Sequence record: OQ708376.1
Length of the DNA: 64,000 nt
Strand: one strand, 5' to 3'
This document shows, in pieces, positions 9,547 through 19,113 of this stretch. The notes under the pieces are model-generated. The model was not told the origin of the DNA. It worked only from the letters and a program-made list of their open reading frames with translations, and ran no database searches. A program made the position numbers and the translations under genes. Position 1 is the first letter of the stretch. Each line of letters begins with the position of its first letter.

Positions 9547-11751
9547 ATGGCTGGAAATACAAGTGATTACCTACTCCAGCAGTTGGTTAATCAAACTAAA
9601 GATAACAACGATAGTTTGAGTGCTATTCGTGAGTTATTGGCTGAAAATATAAAAAATGATAGAAAGAAATCCGGTTCTAAAAGTGGAAAACGTAATGGAA
9701 GTAATTCATCAAGTACTGGAAACCGTGGCTCTCGAACAAATAACAAAGCTGATGATGGTAAAGAATTTGGAAAAATATTCAAATCATTATCATCTGAAGT
9801 ATCGAATGTCGGCAAAACTATGATGAGTACGTCTGCAAACGTTAGCAATGTTGTAAACTCACTAGGAATGAGTGCATCTTCATTTGCTGGTTCATTAGCA
9901 ATGATCCCAGGTCCAGTTGGTGCAGCAGCATCTGCATTCAAATTGGTCGCTGACGCTGGTTTAGCAGTTTATAATGTGTTAAATGCACAGCTTGAAGTTT
10001 ATAATAGAATAAACAGTGCTGGTGTCGCTCTATCTGAAGGTTACGGCTCCATATTAAAAGGTGCTGGTGCATCAATGATGAGTATTGATGCATTTGGTGA
10101 AGCATTACAAACTCATAGTGCCGTTGTTGCACAATTAGATGGTGCATATGGTGATGGTGTTTCTACATTTGGTAAATTATTGGGTACTGTGCAACAAGCA
10201 CAAAATCAATTAGGTTTATATGGTGTTTCTCAAAAAACATTAACTGATTTAACTGCACGTAATATTAAATTCCAAAAGCAATTTGGTGGAAGAGAAATGT
10301 TACGTAGTATGGATCAAGCAAAAAGTACTGAACAGTTTATCATGAGCATGACTAAGTTCAGTAAAAGCATGGGTGAGTCAGTTGATGCACTATTAAATAA
10401 AACACAAAACTTAGATAAATCATTAGACACACGTTCAATGCAAATCGCATTACAAAACTATTCTGGATTATCTAGTAAAGCAGCAGTTGCAACATCAAAA
10501 GCATTTAACGAAGCGGCTGCCAGTATGGGTGATGCTGGTGCAGATTTTCTACGTTTAATTTCACATCGTTTAACTATTGGTGGAGTACCAGATGATTTAT
10601 TGACTCCAGTACTGAACCAATTTGCTGATTTAGGTGAGAACTTGGTACGTAGTGGTGTTACTGATTCACAAGAAATTCGCCGTCAACAATTGGAATTTGT
10701 TAAAAAGAACAAAGAACTAATAAAGCAAGATTTATTAAATCAGATACAATTAGGAAACACTACAGCAGCAACCTTCAACCAACAGCTACTTGATATGGAA
10801 GCTGCGATTAATGATCCTAAGAGTCAACCAGCAGATAAACTAACACAATTCACGGATAGATTCAATAGATGGATTAGTAAAGAATTTACTGAACCATTTA
10901 ATAAAATGTATGCAGATACACAAAATTCTATTGCGGATTACCTTACTGATATTGCAGACCGTACTGATGGTGCATGGGAATTTATCGGAGAGTTAGCACT
11001 TGATGGTTTTGGTTTGGTTCCTATTGCGAAAGATGCAGTTGCGTATTTGGATAGGATTGGTGGTGAGTTTGAGCAGTGGTTAGAAGGGTTAGGTACTGAA
11101 ATTTTTGGTAGTGGATATAATAAAGTTTCAGAAGCATTTGATAGCTTTATGAATAACCTAATGGATCTTCCTGGTAAACTTTGGGATTCTGTTAAAGGTT
11201 GGTTTGGTGGTTCAGACGACAAAGTAAAAGTAGAAAACAATTCTGTTACCGATGGTGCAGAAAAAGTTAATAATTATTTTGAAGAAAAAATGAATTCATT
11301 TGGTGATTATATTTCTAGTTCATTTGATGGTTTTTTAAAATGGAATTCAAGTAGAAACTTTAAACAACCAAAACCCCTTGATGAATCAGTTGCTGAAAAA
11401 CTTATTAGTAGTGGTCTTGAAAATAAGCCAAGAGCTACTGCGAGAATTGAAAAATCTGAACATGTTGCACCATATGTAACGATAACTCCAAAAACATTTG
11501 ACAAATCAGCATGGGGACCAAATGATCTACCAATTCAAGCTGAACCGGACGATTATGAGTCCATGAAAGCGATGATAAATAGTGGTAGTAGTATGGCAAA
11601 TGCTAATAATAATGCCACAATATCAGAAGACATGAAAGAGTTACTTAAAAAACTTGCTGATGTTAATGAGCAATCTCTATCTGCTGTACAACAGACAAAT
11701 AACTATCTAAGAACTATCTCTGAAAACACTCAAGGTGAGAGAAACAGTTAA
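9547..11751 (+). CDS. Probable tape measure / baseplate hub protein
   Basis: 734 aa, helical and Ala/Gly-rich, with Trp/Phe-spaced repeats in the C-terminal third; late promoter ATAAATA at 9508. Confidence 0.55.
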   Translation: MAGNTSDYLLQQLVNQTKDNNDSLSAIRELLAENIKNDRKKSGSKSGKRNGSNSSSTGNRGSRTNNKADDGKEFGKIFKSLSSEVSNVGKTMMSTSANVSNVVNSLGMSASSFAGSLAMIPGPVGAAASAFKLVADAGLAVYNVLNAQLEVYNRINSAGVALSEGYGSILKGAGASMMSIDAFGEALQTHSAVVAQLDGAYGDGVSTFGKLLGTVQQAQNQLGLYGVSQKTLTDLTARNIKFQKQFGGREMLRSMDQAKSTEQFIMSMTKFSKSMGESVDALLNKTQNLDKSLDTRSMQIALQNYSGLSSKAAVATSKAFNEAAASMGDAGADFLRLISHRLTIGGVPDDLLTPVLNQFADLGENLVRSGVTDSQEIRRQQLEFVKKNKELIKQDLLNQIQLGNTTAATFNQQLLDMEAAINDPKSQPADKLTQFTDRFNRWISKEFTEPFNKMYADTQNSIADYLTDIADRTDGAWEFIGELALDGFGLVPIAKDAVAYLDRIGGEFEQWLEGLGTEIFGSGYNKVSEAFDSFMNNLMDLPGKLWDSVKGWFGGSDDKVKVENNSVTDGAEKVNNYFEEKMNSFGDYISSSFDGFLKWNSSRNFKQPKPLDESVAEKLISSGLENKPRATARIEKSEHVAPYVTITPKTFDKSAWGPNDLPIQAEPDDYESMKAMINSGSSMANANNNATISEDMKELLKKLADVNEQSLSAVQQTNNYLRTISENTQGERNS

Positions 11752-11762
11752 GGACGAAAATA

Positions 11763-13502
11763 ATGAGTTGGAAACGACATATGACAGTGGGAAGGTCTAA
11801 ACTATCGACCATCCCAAATCAGTCCAGTAATAGCAATAAATCAACAGGAACGAAAACAAATTTCGCTTCCTATCTTCCTGTTGTATATAATGGATTGGCA
11901 AATCGTACTGAGCGTTATAGTCAGTATGAGCAAATGGACCAAGATCCTGAAATTAGAACTGCATTGAATATAATTGCTGACTTTTGTACTCAAAGTACTG
12001 AAGATTTTGGTTTACCATATAAAATCAAATATAAAGATGATATTGGTGATACTGAAGTAACGACTATTGAAGATCGTTTAGATGCATGGACTGAACAAAA
12101 TGATTTTAAAACACGAATGTATGAAATTGTGCGTGGTCTTCTGAAATATGGTGATCAATTTTTCATTCGAGATCCAGAAACATTCGATTGGTATTGGGTA
12201 AGTCCCAAAAATGTTGAGCAAGTATTTGTTAACGAAGCCACTGGTAAAACACCAGTAATTTATTATATACGTGACGTATCATTAAATTTGAAAGATAAAG
12301 TTTTTAGTAACCTTCAAGTAGGATTTGATAAAACCGCTTATCCAGGAGCTATTCCAACAACAATGGGTGGTGGTGGTTCAGTAGCTGCTGGTGGTGCATC
12401 TGGTTTTACAAGTCAAGGAAATACGGCTGACCCATTCAGTACTAACGGTCAATTAGACGTTATTCCTGTTGGTGCAGAACACGTAATTCATCTAACACTA
12501 AATACAGGACAAGATGGGGTATGGCCTTTTGGTACTAGTATACTTGAGGACGTATTTAAAGTCTATAAGCAAAAAGAACTTCTGGAAGATAGTATCATAA
12601 TTTATCGTGTACAACGTGCACCTGAGCGTCGTGTATTTAAAATTGATGTTGGTGATATGCAAGCACACCAAGCGATGGCTTATGTTGAAAGATTTAAAAA
12701 TGAAATCCACCAGCGTAGAATACCTTCAAACAAAGGTGGAAGTACTTCACTAATGGATGCAGCGTATAATCCATTAAGCATTTTAGAAGACTACTTTTTC
12801 CCACAAACTTCTGAAGGTCGTGGTTCAGATGTTCAAACATTACCAGGCGGTGATAACTTAGGACAAATTGATGACTTACGTTATTTCAATAATAAATTGA
12901 TTCGTGGTCTTCAAATACCAGCTTCATATCTACCACAAGGTCCAGATGATGGTGGTGTTTCATTATTTGGTGATGGTGCTACACAAGCTATGGCAAGTGA
13001 ATTGCGATTCAATAATCAATGTATGCGTTATCAACGTTTAGTTGCAAAACATTTTGATGCTGAATTCAAAAGATTTATGGTTAAAAATGGATATAACATT
13101 AGTACTTCATCTTTTGAAGTTATTATGAATCCACCTATTAACTTAGCTTCTTATCGTAAAGCTGAACTAGATGCTAAACTAATTAATACATATCTTCCTC
13201 TTAATGACTTGCCTTATATGGCAAAACAAACAATTCTTGAAAAAATGGGCTTTTCTAAAGCTGATATTGTTAAGAATGAACAAATGTGGTTACAAGAGAA
13301 TCCACAAGATGGTTCCCAACCTTCTGGTGGTGAAGAAGATTCCGCAGGATTGCAGTCTGTTGGTATTGATGCTCCAAATGATCCTGGAATGGATCTTGGT
13401 ATTGATGGAGAAGGTAATTTGGAAAGTGCTGATGCCGAATACCAAGAGCAACAGAGTGGAAGTGGTGGTTTCGACCCTAATAATTTAGGCAATTCTTTTT
13501 AA
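11763..13502 (+). CDS. gp20: Portal protein
   Basis: IYRVQRAPERRVFKIDVG, EDYFFPQ, GRGSDVQTLPGG, DLRYF. Confidence 0.95.
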   Translation: MSWKRHMTVGRSKLSTIPNQSSNSNKSTGTKTNFASYLPVVYNGLANRTERYSQYEQMDQDPEIRTALNIIADFCTQSTEDFGLPYKIKYKDDIGDTEVTTIEDRLDAWTEQNDFKTRMYEIVRGLLKYGDQFFIRDPETFDWYWVSPKNVEQVFVNEATGKTPVIYYIRDVSLNLKDKVFSNLQVGFDKTAYPGAIPTTMGGGGSVAAGGASGFTSQGNTADPFSTNGQLDVIPVGAEHVIHLTLNTGQDGVWPFGTSILEDVFKVYKQKELLEDSIIIYRVQRAPERRVFKIDVGDMQAHQAMAYVERFKNEIHQRRIPSNKGGSTSLMDAAYNPLSILEDYFFPQTSEGRGSDVQTLPGGDNLGQIDDLRYFNNKLIRGLQIPASYLPQGPDDGGVSLFGDGATQAMASELRFNNQCMRYQRLVAKHFDAEFKRFMVKNGYNISTSSFEVIMNPPINLASYRKAELDAKLINTYLPLNDLPYMAKQTILEKMGFSKADIVKNEQMWLQENPQDGSQPSGGEEDSAGLQSVGIDAPNDPGMDLGIDGEGNLESADAEYQEQQSGSGGFDPNNLGNSF

Positions 13503-13575
13503 ACATAAATAACAATGTATAAGAATGAGGGTTTATTTTTACCCTCATTTATAATGCATATTTCAAGGAGATCAA

Positions 13576-13803
13576 ATGTTAAAGGACATCTTTGAATCTA
13601 GCAGTGATTCAATGTACGACCCTGAAGATGATCAGAACGTATATAAAATTACTGATTCCAGAAAACCGAAACTAACATTACAAGTATTAAACAACTTAAG
13701 AAAGTACCGTGAATTTAAAGCACATGAAGAACAACGCCGCAAAAATGTGGTTGCAGTTGTTTATGCCGCTGCACCAACAGGTGACGGTTCTGGGTTAATG
13801 TAA
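13576..13803 (+). CDS. Small prohead-associated protein
   Basis: SD and late promoter ATAAATA at 13505; lies between portal and core genes. Confidence 0.6.
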   Translation: MLKDIFESSSDSMYDPEDDQNVYKITDSRKPKLTLQVLNNLRKYREFKAHEEQRRKNVVAVVYAAAPTGDGSGLM

Positions 13804-13904
13804 ACCGAAAATCGCACTTTTTAAAGCTTTTAAAAAAGGCGATTTTATTCAGTACTAAATAATATCATACTTTATACGAATGTAATATATCTATGGAGGA
13901 TATA

Positions 13905-14753
13905 ATGGCGAATTTAAAACTACTACAAGAAGCAATTGCGGCGTTTGCAAATGGCGAACAAGATATTGCTGATAAAAAAATGCGTAAGTATTTCGTTGAG
14001 CAAGCTCAAGAAATTAACAAACAACTAGAAGAAAGCATGGAAGATGAAGACGACGATGAAGATTGTGAAGTCGAAGTTAAAGTCAAAGATGAAGAAAAGC
14101 TTGACGAAGATTTTGATGTACAACCAGACGAAGGTCTAAATGCTGAAATCGAATACACCCTTGGTGAAGAAGATGAAAGTGCAGAAGAAGAAGTTGAATT
14201 CTCTGCTGATGCAGATGGTGACGGTGAAGACGATGTTGACGTTGAAGTGAAAGCTGATGCTGATGTTCCTTCCGAAGACCAATGGGAATCAATCCAAGAT
14301 GCTTTCCGTGGCCTACAACAAATGTTTGATGAAATCGGTGACGGTGAAGTTGATCTAGATTCTGAAGAAGAAGTAGAAGATAGCGAAGAAGAAGTTGGTG
14401 TTGACGGTGACGACGAATTTGCTGATGTTGAATTCGGCGATGAAAAATTCGGTGAATCCTTCAAACTAGAAAAAGTTGCTCCAGTTGATAAGAAAGAAAA
14501 AGCTGGCACTCATTCCAAATCTCCAGTAGCACCAGAAGCTAAATCTCCAGTAGCAGGAGCAGAGCCAGTTAAATTCGCTAAGAAAACTGACCAAGCCCCA
14601 CTACTAGACCTAGATGATAAATCTGTTCTACCAAAAGATAGCCTAGATCTTGGTAAAAATGCTCGCGGTGAAATGAAAGATGTTAAAGCACCAAAAACTA
14701 CTGCATCTAATTCTAAATCACCACTAAGCAAAGCACAACCTAAACTAAAATAA
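13905..14753 (+). CDS. Highly acidic prohead core/scaffold-like protein
   Basis: GGAGG SD before ATG 13905; D/E-rich centre and basic C-terminus; high-expression codon bias. Confidence 0.65.
   Translation: MANLKLLQEAIAAFANGEQDIADKKMRKYFVEQAQEINKQLEESMEDEDDDEDCEVEVKVKDEEKLDEDFDVQPDEGLNAEIEYTLGEEDESAEEEVEFSADADGDGEDDVDVEVKADADVPSEDQWESIQDAFRGLQQMFDEIGDGEVDLDSEEEVEDSEEEVGVDGDDEFADVEFGDEKFGESFKLEKVAPVDKKEKAGTHSKSPVAPEAKSPVAGAEPVKFAKKTDQAPLLDLDDKSVLPKDSLDLGKNARGEMKDVKAPKTTASNSKSPLSKAQPKLK
14517..14555 (+). repeat. 15-nt direct repeat AAATCTCCAGTAGCA x2 (KSPVA)
   Basis: Copies at 14517-14531 and 14541-14555. Confidence 0.8.
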
Positions 14754-14773
14754 ATATCTGAAAGGAGATCATT

Positions 14774-15397
14774 ATGAGTAGTATGATTCGTGAATGGTCT
14801 TCATTCAATGATTCTAAAGTTGTTTTGGAACATCGTGATAATGGATTTGGTGGGCGTGACTGCTATCTTCGTGGTATTGCTATTCAAGCCGACCAACGAA
14901 ATTTGAACGAGAGAATTTACCCTTTATCTGAAATTACAAGGGCAGTAAATAACATGAACCAGCGTTTAGCTAAAGGTGAAAGCATTCTTGTTGAATGTGA
15001 CCATCCAGAAACACTAACTATTAACCTAGACCGTGTAGCAGCAATGATTACTAAGGTTTGGATGGAAGGTGCTAATGGTATGGCAGAAATCAAACTACTT
15101 GATACTGCACATGGTCAGAATATCCGTAAAATGCTAGAGGCTGGTGTAAAACTTGGTGTAAGTTCTCGCGGTTCCGGTAACGTTGATTATAATGGAATAG
15201 TTTCTGATTTTGAAATTATCACTATTGATATTGTTGCTCAACCTAGTGCTCCAGAAGCATACCCAACAGCGGTATTTGAATCTCTGATGAGTAAGTACGG
15301 ATCACCTTGTAATAGTTCTAAAAAAATCACTGAATCTAAAAAAGTAAATAATTTAGATTCTGAAATATACGATTTTTTCAAGAAATTAAAAGGTTAA
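14774..15397 (+). CDS. gp21: Prohead maturation protease
   Basis: ECDHP, GVKLGVSSRGSG, DIVAQPSAPEA (His/Ser/Asp motifs). Confidence 0.93.
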   Translation: MSSMIREWSSFNDSKVVLEHRDNGFGGRDCYLRGIAIQADQRNLNERIYPLSEITRAVNNMNQRLAKGESILVECDHPETLTINLDRVAAMITKVWMEGANGMAEIKLLDTAHGQNIRKMLEAGVKLGVSSRGSGNVDYNGIVSDFEIITIDIVAQPSAPEAYPTAVFESLMSKYGSPCNSSKKITESKKVNNLDSEIYDFFKKLKG

Positions 15398-15408
15398 CAT
15401 TTTAAAAA

Positions 15409-15416
15409 TATAAATA
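15409..15416 (+). promoter_or_regulatory. Late promoter TATAAATA
   Basis: Exact consensus upstream of the scaffold gene. Confidence 0.75.
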
Positions 15417-15463
15417 TCTGTATGTTGAAGTACAGATATTTCAGTACTTAAAGGAGAGAACGA

Positions 15464-16579
15464 ATGTCTAAATTAGAAAAGCTTCTAAAAGAATCATCTC
15501 TTTCTGATGAGGCAAAACAGCTAATTCAGGAAGCATGGAATGAAGAAAAGAATACACTAGCCGCAGAGATGCGTGAAGAAATGAAAGGCCGTTATCAGCA
15601 AGATTTGGCTGAACTAACCGAAGGTTTGAACACGATGGTTACTCAAGTCATTGCTGAAGAAATGGGTGCTGTATATGAAGAGAAAAAACGTCTCGTTGAA
15701 GATCGTGTAACTCTACGTAAAACACTAAGCAATTTCTCTGCGTTTTCAAACTCTGTTTTGGCTGAAGAAGTTAAACAAATGCGTAAAGAACGTAAGCATC
15801 TTCATGAATGCATGGGTAAATTCGTTAATTTTTCTAACGGTATCCTAGCAGAAGAGCTAAAAGAATTCCACACTGAAAAACGCCAACTAGTAGAAACTCG
15901 CGTTAAACTACTTGCTGAAGGTTCACGTCAAATTGCTGAAGCTCGTAATAACTTCATCAAACGTACATCTGAAAGTGCTGCTAAATATATTGCAGAAACC
16001 ACTCAGAAGAATCTATATGCGTTGAAACAAGATCTAGTGGAAGCAAAACAAAATATGTTTGGTCGTAAAATCTTTGAAGCATTTGCTCAAGAGTTTAATG
16101 TCAAACAATTTAATGAAAACTCATTGCTACGTTCCCTAACTGAATCAATTAAATCTAAAGAAGATGAAATTGCTCAAGTTAAGCAAGAACTACATGAAAC
16201 TGCTAATGCCGTTAAAGCTGCTAAAACCAAACTACGTATTATGGAAGATGCACAAGCACGTAATGCGATTATGTCTGAACTAGTAAAACCACTAACTGCA
16301 CAGCAAAAACAAATTATGGAATCCCTTCTAGCTACTTCACCTACTGAAAAGCTTAAAGAAGATTTCAGCAAGTACCATAAGTCAGTACTTAACGGTACTA
16401 AAGTAAATGAATCTGCTACCACTCGTCAAGCAGTTCAGTCTTCCGCTAAGAAAACTCTTGCAGAAGGTAAAGTAATCACTGGCAACCGTCAGGCTATTGT
16501 TGAAAGCGAAGAAATGACCGCTGACGATATGGCATTCCTAAAAGAACTCGATGTTCTTTCAGGTATCAATAAAAAATAA
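15464..16579 (+). CDS. gp22: Prohead core scaffolding protein
   Basis: Long coiled coil between protease and capsid genes; LSDEAKQLIQEAW motif. Confidence 0.85.
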   Translation: MSKLEKLLKESSLSDEAKQLIQEAWNEEKNTLAAEMREEMKGRYQQDLAELTEGLNTMVTQVIAEEMGAVYEEKKRLVEDRVTLRKTLSNFSAFSNSVLAEEVKQMRKERKHLHECMGKFVNFSNGILAEELKEFHTEKRQLVETRVKLLAEGSRQIAEARNNFIKRTSESAAKYIAETTQKNLYALKQDLVEAKQNMFGRKIFEAFAQEFNVKQFNENSLLRSLTESIKSKEDEIAQVKQELHETANAVKAAKTKLRIMEDAQARNAIMSELVKPLTAQQKQIMESLLATSPTEKLKEDFSKYHKSVLNGTKVNESATTRQAVQSSAKKTLAEGKVITGNRQAIVESEEMTADDMAFLKELDVLSGINKK

Positions 16580-16617
16580 ACATTTTAAAGCATTTTAATA
16601 ATCAAATTTTTCAGTTC

Positions 16618-16625
16618 TATAAATA
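16618..16625 (+). promoter_or_regulatory. Late promoter TATAAATA
   Basis: Exact consensus 46 nt upstream of the capsid ATG. Confidence 0.8.
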
Positions 16626-16670
16626 ATATCATACTGAAAAACGAATATAACATCTTTAAGGAGATATATA

Positions 16671-17846
16671 ATGTCACAACTACTAAATGAATCCAAATGG
16701 GTAGCAGTAAAAGAGAAACTAGTTGAAGGTCTACAGGGTACTCGTAAGTCTGTAATGGAAACTGTTCTTGATAACCATCGTAAAGTTATGCTAACTGAAT
16801 CCGCAACTTCTGGTGCAACTACCGCTGGTAACATCGCTACTCTAAACAAAGTGATTCTACCAATTATGCGTCGTGTAATGCCAACCGTTATTGCTAACGA
16901 AATCATCGGTGTTCAACCAATGACTGGTCCAGTTGGTCAGATCCACACCCTACGTGTGCAATATGCTGATAACGCACCTGGTGTTATCGCTGGTGAAGAA
17001 ATGCTTTCTCCATACAAAATCGCTAAATCCTACTCTGGTGATCTAAATGCGGATAATAGCAACCCACAAGCTGCTCCTACTAGCCAACTAGAAGGTACTA
17101 TGGGTCGTCGCGTTAACATCCGTATTCTACGTGAAACTGTTGAAGCGAAATCTCGTCGTCTATCTGCACGTTGGACTGTTGAATCTGCACAAGATGCTCA
17201 ATCCCAACATGGTGTTGACGTTGAAGCAGAACTAATGGCTGCAATCGCTCAAGAAGTTACCGTAGAAATCGACCAAGAGCTACTAAGCCGTCTACGTGCA
17301 CTACCTGGTGCTGCTGCTGTAACTTATGACCAATCTAAAGTTACTGGTGTTGCAACCTTCGTTGGTGATGAGCACGCTGCTCTAGCAACTCTAATTAACC
17401 GTCAAGCAAACGAAGTTGCTCGTCGTACTAAGCGTGGTGCTGCAAACTGGGCTGTTGTTTCCCCAACTGCACTAACCATTCTACAATCTGCTACTACTTC
17501 TAGCTTTGCACGTACCACTGAAGGTACTTTCGAAGCACCAACTAACGTTAAGTTTGTAGGTACTCTAAACAGCACTATGCGTATTTTTGTTGATACTTAT
17601 GCAAGTGATGCAGAAGATATTCTAATTGGTTATAAAGGTAATGCAGAAACTGATGCTGGTGTGTTCTATTGCCCATACATCCCACTAATGGCTTCCGGTA
17701 CTGTAATGGACCCTAACACTGGGGAATTGGTCACAACTTTCTTAACCAGGTATGGTTATGTTCAGTTGACCGATAGCACCAGTTCACTAGGTAACGCTGC
17801 GGACTACTACAGCAAAATCGCTATCAAAAACGTTACTTTCATGTAA
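16671..17846 (+). CDS. gp23: Major capsid protein
   Basis: IIGVQPMTGPVGQIHTLR, AKSRRLSARWT, EIDQELL, FYCPYIPL, TRYG. Confidence 0.96.
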   Translation: MSQLLNESKWVAVKEKLVEGLQGTRKSVMETVLDNHRKVMLTESATSGATTAGNIATLNKVILPIMRRVMPTVIANEIIGVQPMTGPVGQIHTLRVQYADNAPGVIAGEEMLSPYKIAKSYSGDLNADNSNPQAAPTSQLEGTMGRRVNIRILRETVEAKSRRLSARWTVESAQDAQSQHGVDVEAELMAAIAQEVTVEIDQELLSRLRALPGAAAVTYDQSKVTGVATFVGDEHAALATLINRQANEVARRTKRGAANWAVVSPTALTILQSATTSSFARTTEGTFEAPTNVKFVGTLNSTMRIFVDTYASDAEDILIGYKGNAETDAGVFYCPYIPLMASGTVMDPNTGELVTTFLTRYGYVQLTDSTSSLGNAADYYSKIAIKNVTFM

Positions 17847-17890
17847 TTGTAATAGATTTAAAAGATTTAATCAAAAAAAATAAAAACAAT

Positions 17891-17918
17891 AGGGACTCTT
17901 CGGAGTCCCTTTTCTTTT
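17891..17918 (+). terminator. Intrinsic terminator
   Basis: AGGGACTC-TTCG-GAGTCCCT followed by a T tract. Confidence 0.9.
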
Positions 17919-17931
17919 TATTAAAAAACCC

Positions 17932-17960
17932 TTGACACAATGTTCTGGAATGTATATAAT
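17932..17960 (+). promoter_or_regulatory. Canonical sigma70 promoter TTGACA-N17-TATAAT
   Basis: Perfect consensus upstream of the endonuclease gene. Confidence 0.85.
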
Positions 17961-17992
17961 ACGCACATACACGAAAATAAAGAGACAAAATT

Positions 17993-19090
17993 ATGCCAAA
18001 CGTAAGTATCACCAAAGAAGAGTTTATCAGCAAAATGACTGCTAAGTATGGTGAATTTGATTTCAGTACTTTAGTATTCAAAGCAAGTAAGACAACAGTG
18101 AAATGTAACAAGTGTGGAAAAGAAAACACCAAACCTGCACTTCGTCACATTGCATGTACATGTGCATCATGTTATTCAAACATGTCACAACGTTCAAACA
18201 ACGACACATTCATCAGTACTGTAGAAACTAAATTTGGAAAAGATAAATTCAAATTTGATAAACTAAATTACACTAATGCTATATCAAAAGTAACAATTTT
18301 CTGCACAGATGAAGATCACAATGATTACTTTGAAATTACACCCAATAAATTTCTTTCTGGTAAAGGATGCCCCGTATGTAATAAAAATGAAGCATACAGT
18401 ACTGAAGAGTTCAAAGAAAAAGTAAAAGATAATTATGGTGATTTATTGGATTTAACTAACACGGTGTATGTAAATCAAAAAACTAAAGTAACTGTGTATT
18501 GTAACGCAGGTAATCATGAATGGACAGTTGATCCAAAAACTTTACTTGTTGGTAAGACTGGATGTGGTACATGCTCCGGTAAAGGCGGTCGAAGTACTGA
18601 ACGTTTCATTGAACTTGTGTCGCCTATCCATAACCATAAGTATGATTATAGCTTGGTGGATTACAAGACTAGTGATGAACATGTGGATATTATTTGTCCT
18701 GAACATGGTGTCTTTAAACAAATACCCAAATCTCATATGGCAGGAAGAGGATGTCCATCATGTGGTGAGTATGGTTATCAACCATCAAAGCCTGGATATT
18801 TCTATGTACAAAAACTATCTAATAACTCAAAAGTCGTTTACAAATACGGAATTACCGGAGACATGAAGAGACGAATTCATGAACAAAGTCGCAATTCTGA
18901 GTTCGAGCATGAAGTACTGGTAGAACGTTACTTTGAGGATGGTAATAAACCATTATTATTGGAAAAGTTTATCAAGCAATACATTGAAAGTGGTGTTGTA
19001 AGTACTGAAGAGTTACCGTCAGGATTTACTGAAACATTTGATGCTAAGTATCTTGAAAGTGTTTTAGAAATTGTAAATACTTTTAAGTAA
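17993..19090 (+). mobile_element. Free-standing homing endonuclease: four Cys/His zinc-binding repeats (DUF723/CapR-like) plus C-terminal GIY-YIG-like domain
   Basis: Repeats F...YG..D.S...Y......V...C...H........L.G.GCP.C; C-terminal GYFYV...YKYGITG..KRR. Confidence 0.75.
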
Positions 19091-19113
19091 ACAATCTAAA
19101 GGAGTTGACACGG

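Noticed and set aside
14006-14731. Ser-rich minus-strand ORFs, and similar antisense or nested ORFs across the track (e.g. 327-803, 8839-9339, 35562-35921, 52139-52426)
   Set aside because: They are shadows of strongly biased sense genes, with no SD or promoter and no recognisable motifs.
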